A program made the position numbers and the translations under genes. A stretch of 64,000 nt of DNA from Actinomycetes bacterium (GTDB lineage: Bacteria > Actinomycetota > Acidimicrobiia > Acidimicrobiales > Bog-793). Under the pieces are notes generated by a model. The model searched no databases. It worked only from the letters and a program-made list of their open reading frames with translations, and was not told where the DNA came from. Numbering within the stretch: position 1 is the first letter of the stretch; each line of letters starts with the position of its first letter. Location: the NCBI GenBank assembly GCA_021838945.1, contig JAKCCH010000002.1:6441-70440 (forward strand), given 5' to 3'. Shown one piece after another: positions 15,553 to 23,763 of this stretch.

Positions 15553-15720
15553 CGTCACCTCCTGTTGAGACGTGAGAAGTCCCACCCATACAAGAGGAAT
15601 TCTGTAAGAAAAGCAAGCATCACCGGCGCGCGAAAGGCGAGTGCCGTTGAAAACGGCGGCGTTTCGGGGCAGGTGTGCCTGGATGCCTCGGTGAGACTGC
15701 TCCGGCCCTGGAGGGGGAAA

Positions 15721-15739
15721 CGCCTTGTGACAAAAGGCG
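15721..15739 (-). terminator. Short hairpin plus U-run after the acyl-CoA synthetase gene
   Basis: The minus-strand RNA CGCCUU-uugucac-AAGGCG is followed by UUUCCCCC. It starts 8 nt after the stop at 15747. The stem is only 6 bp. Confidence 0.35.
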
Positions 15740-15746
15740 GTTCGCC

Positions 15747-17294
15747 TCAGTTGACAAGGCGATCACGGCCCTCCCAGTAGGCCTGGCGCAGCTTGAACTT
15801 CTGGAGCTTGCCCGTCGCCGTGCGTGGGAGCTCCGAGCGGAACTCCACTGATGTCGGGCACTTGAAGTGTGCGAGCACGCTGCGGCAGTGGTCGATCAAC
15901 TCGGCCTCGCGCACGTCTGCGTCCGGCCGGAGCACGACGAGTGCCTTCACCGTCTCGCCCCACCTCTCGTCCGGAACGCCGATCACCGCGGCCTCGGCTA
16001 CCGCCGGATGCCGGTACAGCGCATCCTCCACCTCGATCGAGGACACGTTCTCTCCCCCGGTGATGATGACGTCCTTCTTGCGGTCCGCGATGACGGTGTA
16101 GGCGCCGTCGAGGTGCCCCCCGTCGCCGGTGTGGAACCAACCGTCCACCAACACCTTCGCGCTCTCTTCGGGCTGCTGCCAATACCCCGCGAACACGTGG
16201 TTCGAGCGGGCGAGCACTTCCTCCTCCTCGTCGACGTCCATCCGAACGCCGATCGCCGGGACTCCGGCGCGCCCGAGCAGGACCGAGCGCTCGGTCGAGT
16301 CGAGGTCGTCCCACTCGGCGGGCGCGCGGTTGATCGTGAGGAGCGGGGCGGTCTCCGTGAGGCCGTAGATCTGGATGAATTCCCATCCGAGCTCCATTTC
16401 GACGCGCTCGATCACCCGGCTCGGCGGCGGCGCGCCGGCGACGACGATCCGCACATGGTGCGCGCCCGGGACCGCTTCGCCGCGCTCGCGGCGCGCCTCC
16501 GCCGCGCTCAAGATCGCAGCGACGACGGCGGGAGCACCGCACATGAGGGTCACACCCTCACGCTCGACGCGGCGCAGGATCTCCTCCCCGTCGACCTTGC
16601 GGAGCACGACGTGACGGGCACCCATGCCTGTCGCGGCATACGGCATTCCCCAGCCGTTGCAGTGGAACATCGGCAGTGTGTGGAGGAGCACGTCGCGGTC
16701 CGTCACCGTTGTGTGCCAACCGAAGGCCATGGCGTTGAGGGTGCAGTTGCGGTGCGTGAGCTCGACGCCCTTCGGCCGCGCCGTTGTGCCGGAGGTGTAA
16801 TTGATCGAGCACGTCGCCGCCTCGTCGGGCTCCCAGCCGAGCGGTGACCTCCCGGGAGCGATCTCGGCGAACACGTCACGATCAGCCTCTCCGTCGAGGA
16901 CGATCCGGTGACCCGCCTTCACCGAAGACAGCTGCTCGTCCACCTCCGGGTCGACGAGCAGCACCTCGGCTCCGGAGTGTTCGACGATGTACGCCACCTC
17001 GGTCTCGTTGAGCCGGAAGTTGATCGGCACGAGGATCCGGCCCGACCCGCTCACGCCGAAGTAGGCCACGAGGAACCGCGCGGAGTTGGGGCTGACGATG
17101 CCGACGCGGGCACCGACCGGCAGGCCGAGGTCGTCGAGGAAGGCTGCCATGCCGTCGGCGCGCGCAGCGAGCTCGCGATACGTAACCGAACCGAGACCCG
17201 CCACCGCTCCCGGCTCGTCGACGACTGCCACGCGGTCGGGGTAGACGAGCGCTGCACGTTCGATGAAGTCCGAGACGGTGAGAGGGACGTGCAT
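15747..17294 (-). CDS. AMP-dependent acyl-CoA synthetase/ligase (FadD-like)
   Basis: AMP-binding motif [20 protein letters not shown], then GWFHTGDGG and C-terminal [14 protein letters not shown]. 515 aa. Confidence 0.85.
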   Translation of the reverse strand: MHVPLTVSDFIERAALVYPDRVAVVDEPGAVAGLGSVTYRELAARADGMAAFLDDLGLPVGARVGIVSPNSARFLVAYFGVSGSGRILVPINFRLNETEVAYIVEHSGAEVLLVDPEVDEQLSSVKAGHRIVLDGEADRDVFAEIAPGRSPLGWEPDEAATCSINYTSGTTARPKGVELTHRNCTLNAMAFGWHTTVTDRDVLLHTLPMFHCNGWGMPYAATGMGARHVVLRKVDGEEILRRVEREGVTLMCGAPAVVAAILSAAEARRERGEAVPGAHHVRIVVAGAPPPSRVIERVEMELGWEFIQIYGLTETAPLLTINRAPAEWDDLDSTERSVLLGRAGVPAIGVRMDVDEEEEVLARSNHVFAGYWQQPEESAKVLVDGWFHTGDGGHLDGAYTVIADRKKDVIITGGENVSSIEVEDALYRHPAVAEAAVIGVPDERWGETVKALVVLRPDADVREAELIDHCRSVLAHFKCPTSVEFRSELPRTATGKLQKFKLRQAYWEGRDRLVN

Positions 17295-17342
17295 GCCGTC
17301 TGCTTACCACCGTGAAGGAGCGTTCGGTAGGGTTACGAAGTC

Positions 17343-20300
17343 GTGACGACGTACCAGACCCCTGCACCCGTGCGCGGGCTGAAGGGCGGGTCGAAAGGCA
17401 CACGGTCACTGCTTATCTGGCGGGCCATGCGCTGGCGGGCCGGCTCTTCCATCATGCTGCTGGCGGTTGCCGTCGCCGCCGTCATGGCCGCCACCGCCGG
17501 ACCCGTCTACCTCCGCGCCGCCGATCAGTCACTCGTCACCTCGGAGCTCCAGAAGGCCAACTTCATCGACACCGGTATCTCGCTCACACCTCAGACCTCC
17601 GCCCAGTACTTCGACGTCGGCCGGTTGCGGTCGGCCGCCGCGAGCGTGCCCGGGGGTGTGGGAGAGAGGGGCAGTCACTTCTCGAGGCCGATCGTGACGA
17701 TCGACTCGCAGGTCGTCGTGAACGACGTGACGGCTGCCCTGCCCGCTGTCATGCAGCTCGTCTACCGCTCCGGCGTCTGTCCCTACTTGAAGATGGTCAA
17801 GGGACATTGCCCGAGCAGCAGGGCCGACGTCGTCCTCTCCACTCGGACGGCTGCTGCCATGCACGTCGGCGTGGGCGACAAGGTGCGTCCGGCGCTGACG
17901 AGCCGCACCCACGCCGCACTCCCTGCGCTCACCGTCTCGGGCCTCTACGTCCCCGGCAATCCGAGCGCTCCGGAGTGGTGGGGGATCAACTACTTCCCGT
18001 ACGGAACCGGCTCGGTGAAGCAGCCGTTCGTCGACTCCGGGTTCGTCACCGAAAAGGGAGCACTCGCCTATTCGGGCCTCGCCCCCACCGAGGACTGGAT
18101 CGACATGGCGCTCCGGCCGAGCTCGATCTCGGCGACAGAGGTCCCGGCGGTTCTGTCCCGACTGTCGGCTTGGCAGAGCCATGTGCAGACGACCGACGGG
18201 GTCCAGGTCGCCACCCAGCTCCCCTCCGTGCTCGGCGTCGCGAGCTCCGAGGAACATTCGGCACAGACGATCGTCGCCATGATCTCGCTCGAGCTCATCC
18301 TCCTCGTGCTGCTCGTCGTCTACGGGATCGCGCGGGCGACGAGCTTCCTCCGCGAACCGGACGTGCGAGTCGCAGAGCTGCGAGGGCTCCCGCGGCGCCG
18401 GATCGCCCGCGTCGCCCTGCGGGAGCCGGCCGTGCTGCTCGTCCTCGCGGTTCCGATAGGCCTCCTGCTCACCTGGCTCGTGCTCGACGTCATAGATCGC
18501 AACGTCCTCGGCCCGGCGGCGACAACCGGGCTCGACTCGCTCGCGGTCGAGGCGGCCCTCGTCGGCTGCGTCGCCGGACTCTTTTCGGTCGCGCTCGGAT
18601 CGCGCAACATGCTCGGCAACCGGCGACCGGACGATACGGCCGAGGACGCGCGCCAGCGCCGCATACGCAACGCCGCCATCGTCGACGCTCTCGGCCTCGC
18701 GCTCGCGATCGCAGGGGTCGTGGAGCTCGTCGGGCAGAGCAGTCACTCGAGCTCGTCGGTGTCGCCTTTCGCCTACCTCGGCCCGGGTCTCGTCGCCCTC
18801 GGCGCCGGCATCCTCGTCGCGCGGTTGCTCCCGCTCCTCGCGGTGCTCGCAGCCCGCTCGCTGACGTGGTCGCGGCGCACCGCCCTGACACTCGCCGCGC
18901 GAAGCGTCGCGCAGCGCCAGGCGCTCACTCGGCAGGCCCTCGTCCCGGCCATCGCGACCGGCCTCCTCGTCTTCGGGGTGGCAGGTCTCGAGGTCGCGGC
19001 GGCGAACCACTCCATGCAGGCCCGGTTCACCGTAGGTGCCCCAGTCGTGTACGACGTTCAGCCGCACGCGGGGGTGGACCTCGTGAGCGCGGTGAGGGCG
19101 GCCGATCCGACGGGGCGGGAGGCTATGGCAGCCGCGAGGATCAACGCCTCGACTGGCACGACGTTGGCGGTGGACAGCACTCGCCTGGCACAGGTGGCGT
19201 CGTGGCCCGCTTCCTTGTCGCCTGTCCCCGCGTCCGTCGTCGCCCGCCAGCTGCGGCCCCCGATGCCGCCACCGCGCATCGTGCCGAACGGCCGCACCGT
19301 CACCATCTCCCTCGACGTCGCCACCTCGATCTCACCCGGACCGGACCTCCAGATGGCCCTGTACGACCGCCACGGCCAAGGGGAGTTCGACGTCGACTTC
19401 GGCGACCTCTCGGCAGGCTCGCACACCTATCGGGGCTCGATCGCCGGCTTCTGCCCTTCCGGCTGCCGTCTCGACCAGCTCATCCTCGGTTGGAGCGGTC
19501 CGCCCCCGCATGCTCCGATGTCGGTGCGCCGAGCCGAGAGGGCCACGGCCTCCAACTTCCAGATGCGGGTGCTCGGGATCGGGGTCATCCGCCGAGCGGG
19601 GGGCGCTTCCGACCTGGTGCCGGTGCCGGCGCGACTGACTCAGCCCGGAGCGTGGCAGGGCAATCCCGCGGCTGTTGTGACGCCCAGCGCGGCGGGGCTC
19701 GGGCTGGACGCGAACCTTGTGAGCACTGCGGGCACACCGATCGCCTCACCGGTCGACGTGCCGTCCGTGCTGCCGAGTGCCGCCACGTCGGAGCTCGTCT
19801 CTCTCGACGGCACACCCGGCAACCCGAAGGGGGTCTTCGCACTCGGGCTCGACGGCGCCCAGCTCGCAGCACACGCCGCCACCGTCGTGCCCGTCCTTCC
19901 GTCGGTGGGTAACGACGCCGCCATGGTCGATCTCACCTTCGAGGAGCTGCTCCAGGGCGGCCAGGCACAGGACGTCACGTGGCAGGTGTGGTTCCACTCC
20001 CCGCCAAGCGCGGCGCTCTTGAGACGGCTGCAGGACCAGGGTGTGTCCCTGCTGTCACAGCACTCGGCCGCATCGGTGCTGCAGGGGATCGATCACACGG
20101 GGCCGGCTTTCGGTTTCGACCTGTACGGGCTGGCTGCAGCCGGCGCCGCTCTGCTCGCGCTCGGCGCGCTCCTGTTCTCGATCGCATCTGACGCCAGACG
20201 GCGGCGGGTCGAGTTCGCCGGGCTTGCGGCAGTCGGGGTGCCACGAAAAACGCTGCTCGGCTCACTGCTCGTCGAGTCCGCCGTGCTCTCGCTCGCCGGT

Positions 20301-20528
20301 GCCGTGGCGGGGACACTGGCAGCAGCCTTGTCCGCGTATTTCGCACTCAGGTTCCTGCCGGAGTTCCCACCGGGTCGCGTCGGTCCCGCTCTGCAGGTCG
20401 GTGTGCCGTGGCTCGACGTCGTGCTCACCGGGCTCGGCATGCTGGTCGTCCTCGGCACAGCCGCCATCGCCGCGAACATCGTGCTCGTGCGCGGCATTCG
20501 TGCAGACCTCCTGAGGTTGTCGCAATGA
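17343..20528 (+). CDS. Large ABC permease with two FtsX/MacB-type domains (about 10 TM, two big extracytoplasmic domains)
   Basis: 1061 aa. An N-terminal TM (SSIMLLAVAVAAVMAATAG) precedes a large soluble domain. A TM bundle follows, containing VAELRGLPRRRIARVALREP, which is FtsX-like. A second soluble domain precedes a second FtsX bundle with EFAGLAAVGVPRKTLLGSLLVES. The stop overlaps the next ATG (ATGA). Confidence 0.75.
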   Translation: MTTYQTPAPVRGLKGGSKGTRSLLIWRAMRWRAGSSIMLLAVAVAAVMAATAGPVYLRAADQSLVTSELQKANFIDTGISLTPQTSAQYFDVGRLRSAAASVPGGVGERGSHFSRPIVTIDSQVVVNDVTAALPAVMQLVYRSGVCPYLKMVKGHCPSSRADVVLSTRTAAAMHVGVGDKVRPALTSRTHAALPALTVSGLYVPGNPSAPEWWGINYFPYGTGSVKQPFVDSGFVTEKGALAYSGLAPTEDWIDMALRPSSISATEVPAVLSRLSAWQSHVQTTDGVQVATQLPSVLGVASSEEHSAQTIVAMISLELILLVLLVVYGIARATSFLREPDVRVAELRGLPRRRIARVALREPAVLLVLAVPIGLLLTWLVLDVIDRNVLGPAATTGLDSLAVEAALVGCVAGLFSVALGSRNMLGNRRPDDTAEDARQRRIRNAAIVDALGLALAIAGVVELVGQSSHSSSSVSPFAYLGPGLVALGAGILVARLLPLLAVLAARSLTWSRRTALTLAARSVAQRQALTRQALVPAIATGLLVFGVAGLEVAAANHSMQARFTVGAPVVYDVQPHAGVDLVSAVRAADPTGREAMAAARINASTGTTLAVDSTRLAQVASWPASLSPVPASVVARQLRPPMPPPRIVPNGRTVTISLDVATSISPGPDLQMALYDRHGQGEFDVDFGDLSAGSHTYRGSIAGFCPSGCRLDQLILGWSGPPPHAPMSVRRAERATASNFQMRVLGIGVIRRAGGASDLVPVPARLTQPGAWQGNPAAVVTPSAAGLGLDANLVSTAGTPIASPVDVPSVLPSAATSELVSLDGTPGNPKGVFALGLDGAQLAAHAATVVPVLPSVGNDAAMVDLTFEELLQGGQAQDVTWQVWFHSPPSAALLRRLQDQGVSLLSQHSAASVLQGIDHTGPAFGFDLYGLAAAGAALLALGALLFSIASDARRRRVEFAGLAAVGVPRKTLLGSLLVESAVLSLAGAVAGTLAAALSAYFALRFLPEFPPGRVGPALQVGVPWLDVVLTGLGMLVVLGTAAIAANIVLVRGIRADLLRLSQ

Positions 20529-21538
20529 GCGGCTTCGATGCAGAGGTTCCGATCCTGCCGGACCTGGTGGACACCGAGCCCGCCCTCCCATCACGCCCGC
20601 CGCCGGGCGGCTCGGCGATCACGCCCGACCCGGCGCAGGGCGCCTTCGCGATCGAGTGCGTGTCGCTCGTGCACCTCTACCACCTCGGTGACACCGATGT
20701 CGTGGCTCTGCGCGGCGTCGACCTCGACATCGACGCCGGCGAGCTCGTCGCGCTGCTCGGGCCTTCGGGTACGGGCAAGTCCACGCTGCTGCGGATCATG
20801 GCCGGGCTGCTTCGTCCGTCGGCCGGGCAGTGCCTCGTCGGCGGGCGCGACATAGGCCGCATGAATGCCACCGAGCTGCGGCGCTACCGGGCCACCGACG
20901 TGGGGATCGTGCTGCAGGACGCGCTCGCGAACCTGCTCCCCTATGCGACCGTCTTCGAGAACATCCACTTCGCATCCGAAGGAGCTCGCTCTCTCGAGGT
21001 GGCACCGCGGCTGTCGGAGGACGACCTCGTCGCCATCCTGGGGCTCGAGGCGTACGCCCACCGCGTGATCTCGACCCTCTCCGGCGGCGAGCAGCAGCTG
21101 GCTGCCCTCGCAACTGGCGCGGCTGCCGGAGCGGGCCTGCTCCTGATCGACGAGCCCACCAGCCAGCTCGACCCCCATGAGCGGGACCGAGTCGCGGCGG
21201 CCCTTCACGACCTGCACGACGGCAGTGGCGCCACCATCGTCATGGTGACGCATGATCCTCATCTGGCGGGCACGGTCCCGCGGACGGTCACGATCCGCGA
21301 CGGTCGCGTCGGCGCGGAGGGGCGTCACGGGACCCAGTACGCGGTCGTCGGGCGGGACGGCACGATCCAGTTGCCGCCGGAGATCTTGGAATTCCTGCCG
21401 CCGGACACCCTCGTGCGGATCGTGAAGCACGCGGACGGCATCGAGCTGCGTCCGCCCTCGGCGGCCGAGGTGCCCGGGACGCCCGGGGCGGCCGGCACGG
21501 CGGGGGTGGCAGGCGGTCACGTGGATCCGCTGCCATGA
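20525..21538 (+). CDS. ABC ATPase 1 (MacB/LolD-type) with N- and C-terminal extensions
   Basis: ATG 20525 overlaps the upstream stop. Motifs: Walker A GPSGTGKST, Q-loop GIVLQD, signature LSGGEQQ, Walker B LLLIDEPTSQLD, H-loop MVTHD. An extra C-terminal segment of about 80 aa (VVGRDGTIQLPPEILEFLPPDTLVRIVKHADGIELRP) is present. Confidence 0.8.
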   Translation: MSGFDAEVPILPDLVDTEPALPSRPPPGGSAITPDPAQGAFAIECVSLVHLYHLGDTDVVALRGVDLDIDAGELVALLGPSGTGKSTLLRIMAGLLRPSAGQCLVGGRDIGRMNATELRRYRATDVGIVLQDALANLLPYATVFENIHFASEGARSLEVAPRLSEDDLVAILGLEAYAHRVISTLSGGEQQLAALATGAAAGAGLLLIDEPTSQLDPHERDRVAAALHDLHDGSGATIVMVTHDPHLAGTVPRTVTIRDGRVGAEGRHGTQYAVVGRDGTIQLPPEILEFLPPDTLVRIVKHADGIELRPPSAAEVPGTPGAAGTAGVAGGHVDPLP

Positions 21539-22218
21539 CGGGAGAGCCGGTGCAGTCGGGCCCGGGCGCGGGAACGGACGCAGGGGCGGCACTTGAGCCC
21601 GCCCCGCTCGTCGCCCATGGCCTGTGCCTGCACCTCGGCGGGCGCCAGCTCATCGACGGGATCGACCTCGTCGTCGAACCGGGAGAGCTGGTGGGGATCC
21701 TCGGTCCGTCCGGGGCGGGGAAGACGTCGCTTCTCATGGTGCTCGCCGGTGTGCTCAAGCCCGATGCCGGATCCGTGTCCCGCACCGGGAGGCTCGGGTT
21801 CGTGCCCCAGACGCTCGGCCTCTCGCCCACGTCGACGGCGTCGGAGAACGTCGCTTTGACCCTGCAGGTGCACCGGACCGAGAAGGCCGAGATGCAACGG
21901 CGCGTGCGGGCATCGCTCGCGGCGGTCGGGCTGGCACAGCACGACCGGATCGTGGCGGAGCTGTCAGGTGGGCAGCGTGCCCGCGTGGCGATCGCCCGGG
22001 CCGTGGCCCTGCAGCCGCAGGTGCTCATCGCTGACGAGGCGACGGCCGAGCTCGACGTCGAGAATCAGAGGATCGTGATGGATTTGTTCGAGCAGGCGGC
22101 CGACGCCGGCGCTGCCGTCGTCCTCGCGACGCACGATCCGCTCGTGGCGGAACGCTGCACGCGGACATACCTGCTCGACGACGGCCACCTCATCGAGGGT
22201 GGCACGCTCGACCAGTAG
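21535..22218 (+). CDS. ABC ATPase 2 (second, different nucleotide-binding subunit)
   Basis: ATGA overlap at 21535-21538. Motifs: Walker A GPSGAGKTS, Q-loop GFVPQT, signature LSGGQRARVAIARA, Walker B LIADEATAELD, H-loop LATHD. Confidence 0.8.
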   Translation: MTGEPVQSGPGAGTDAGAALEPAPLVAHGLCLHLGGRQLIDGIDLVVEPGELVGILGPSGAGKTSLLMVLAGVLKPDAGSVSRTGRLGFVPQTLGLSPTSTASENVALTLQVHRTEKAEMQRRVRASLAAVGLAQHDRIVAELSGGQRARVAIARAVALQPQVLIADEATAELDVENQRIVMDLFEQAADAGAAVVLATHDPLVAERCTRTYLLDDGHLIEGGTLDQ

Positions 22219-22259
22219 CGCGCGCCACCGCGTTTTCGGGAAACCTGCGGTAGTCGTGG

Positions 22260-22320
22260 GGTAAGGGCGCAGGAGTCGTCCGGTAGGTACTCCGGTAGGT
22301 CCCCATGGTTCGCTGTCGCG
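22260..22320 (+). promoter_or_regulatory. Upstream element GGTAAG-N6-GGAGTC-N16-GGTAGG-N21-GTG, shared with the relaxase gene
   Basis: GGTAAGGGCGCAGGAGTCGTCCGGTAGGTACTCCGGTAGGTCCCCATGGTTCGCTGTCGCG, then GTG at 22321. An ungapped alignment to the minus-strand sequence 26388..26328 gives 37/61 identities. All four blocks sit at identical distances from the start codon. It contains a 12-nt tandem TCCGGTAGGTAC/TCCGGTAGGTCC (22279-22302). Confidence 0.55.
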
Positions 22321-23763
22321 GTGGATCCGCTCGACGAACTGCGGGCTGCAACGGCCCTGTACGGCTATGGATTGCGCATCGGTTGTCCGTCCGGCGACGG
22401 TGCCCCCGATATCTTCGTGGACCCCGAGCGGTCCCTCCTCGCCATCGGTCCGCCCCGCTCGGGCAAGACCTCCGCCCTCGTAGTGCCGAACGTGCTCGCC
22501 GCCTGTGGTCCCGTCGTGACCACTTCGACCAAGCCTGACGTCGTCCTCATCACATCCCCCGCCCGCTCCCGCGTCGGCCGCTGCATGCTCTTCGACCCCG
22601 GCGGCAGCACTCGAGACGTCCCCGGAGTGGAAAGGATCTCCTGGTCACCGCTGTCGACTGCGATCGAGTTCCACGGAGCCGAGCTCATGGCACGGACCAT
22701 GGTGGAAGCGGCCCGACCCGGTGCAAGACAGGGTGAGTCGACCCACTGGCTGGAACGGGCCGAGACGCTCCTCGCGCCGGCCTTCCACGCTGCCGCGATC
22801 GACGGGATGCCCATGTCACGCTTGCTGTCGGCCATCGACCGTCGCCAGGGCGAGGACTTCCGCGCCATCCTCGCCCGGCACGACCGTGAGGTCCCGCTCT
22901 CGAGCCTCGACGGGATCCTCGCAACCGAGGACCGCGAGCAGAGCGGCATCTGGTCGACGGGATCCTCGATCCTCTCCGCCTACCGGTCCGAGCGGGCACT
23001 CGAGAGCACCGCCGGCCGGACGGTCGACTTCGAGGAGCTCGTGCGGAGTGGCGACACCTTGTACATCTGCTCGCCATCCGAAGAGCAACGCCGCGCCGCG
23101 CCCATCGTCTGCGGCCTCCTGCGCGACGTCCGCGCAGCGGCATACGACGCGTCTGCCGCCGGCGAGCTCGGGGCCGCGAACCGGCGGCCGCCCCTGTTGT
23201 TGCTCCTCGACGAGGTGGCGAACATCGCGCCGCTACACGACCTGCCCGATCTCGTAGCGACAGGCGGGAGCCAGGGCGTCGTGACGCTGGCCTGTCTGCA
23301 GGACCTCTCGCAAGCGGTGGAGAGGTGGGGGCGGATCGGCGAGGGTTTCTTGGGGATGTTCAACGCGAAGGTGATCTTCCCCGGCGTCGGGTGCGTCCGG
23401 ACGCTCGAGGAGGTCTCCCGCCTCGCCGGCGAGCACGAGGTCACGACGGTGTCGACGAGCGAAGGGCACCGCCTGCCCGGTCTGGCGGGCGCTCTCGGCA
23501 GACGGACGCCACCGGCCAGGACGTGGTCGACCCGGCGCGAAAGGGTCCTCCCAGTCGAGCACGTCGCACAAGGATGGCCGGGTCACGTCGTCTGCCTTGA
23601 AGGCGCCCGCCCTTCGCTCGTCGAGGCACGCCCGTGGTTCCAGGTCCCACGGCTGGCGCGTGTCGTCGAGCAGTCGCGGACACCGGAACGGAGCTACATC
23701 GAGAGTCCCCGGCCGCCGATCTCACGCGCGGAGCGGGCGGGCTCACGCCCTCTCGGCCGCTGA
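22321..23763 (+). CDS. VirD4/TraD/TraG-family coupling-protein-like ATPase lacking transmembrane segments
   Basis: Walker A IGPPRSGKTSALVVPN, Walker B PPLLLLLDEVANIAP, then TLACLQDLSQAVERWG, as in type IV coupling proteins (T4CPs; TraG-D_C-like). There is no hydrophobic N-terminal helix. GTG start. Confidence 0.7.
   Translation: MDPLDELRAATALYGYGLRIGCPSGDGAPDIFVDPERSLLAIGPPRSGKTSALVVPNVLAACGPVVTTSTKPDVVLITSPARSRVGRCMLFDPGGSTRDVPGVERISWSPLSTAIEFHGAELMARTMVEAARPGARQGESTHWLERAETLLAPAFHAAAIDGMPMSRLLSAIDRRQGEDFRAILARHDREVPLSSLDGILATEDREQSGIWSTGSSILSAYRSERALESTAGRTVDFEELVRSGDTLYICSPSEEQRRAAPIVCGLLRDVRAAAYDASAAGELGAANRRPPLLLLLDEVANIAPLHDLPDLVATGGSQGVVTLACLQDLSQAVERWGRIGEGFLGMFNAKVIFPGVGCVRTLEEVSRLAGEHEVTTVSTSEGHRLPGLAGALGRRTPPARTWSTRRERVLPVEHVAQGWPGHVVCLEGARPSLVEARPWFQVPRLARVVEQSRTPERSYIESPRPPISRAERAGSRPLGR

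Noticed and set aside
15553-15720. Relatively AT-rich 5' region of hupB; I tried to assign -35/-10 hexamers.
   Set aside because: Several weak alternatives exist (TTGCTT, TACAGAAT, TGTATG) with inconsistent spacing. No assignment is defensible without start-site data.
17312-19912. Very long alternative-frame and antisense ORFs throughout the window. Examples are 186..1364(-), 4314..5930(-), 5018..6454(+), 6675..8147(-), 7430..8737(+), 9326..11266(+), 17312..19912(+), 17529..19067(-), 35276..36454(-), 41447..43063(+), 42857..44467(-), 45233..46555(+), 49413..51251(+), 52469..53794(+) and 55328..56941(+).
   Set aside because: Their translations are dominated by Arg, Pro, Gly and Ala runs with no motifs. 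Each lies on top of an ORF with clear family signatures and G/C third-position bias. These are typical stop-free shadow frames of GC-rich DNA.
22251-22283. Checked whether the shared upstream element is the mycobacterial PafBC-dependent RecA-NDp promoter (tTGTCRgtg-N8-TAnnnT).
   Set aside because: TAGTCGTGG at 22251-22259 is only a partial match. No TAnnnT follows at the right spacing, and the relaxase promoter has nothing similar. I therefore do not call it.
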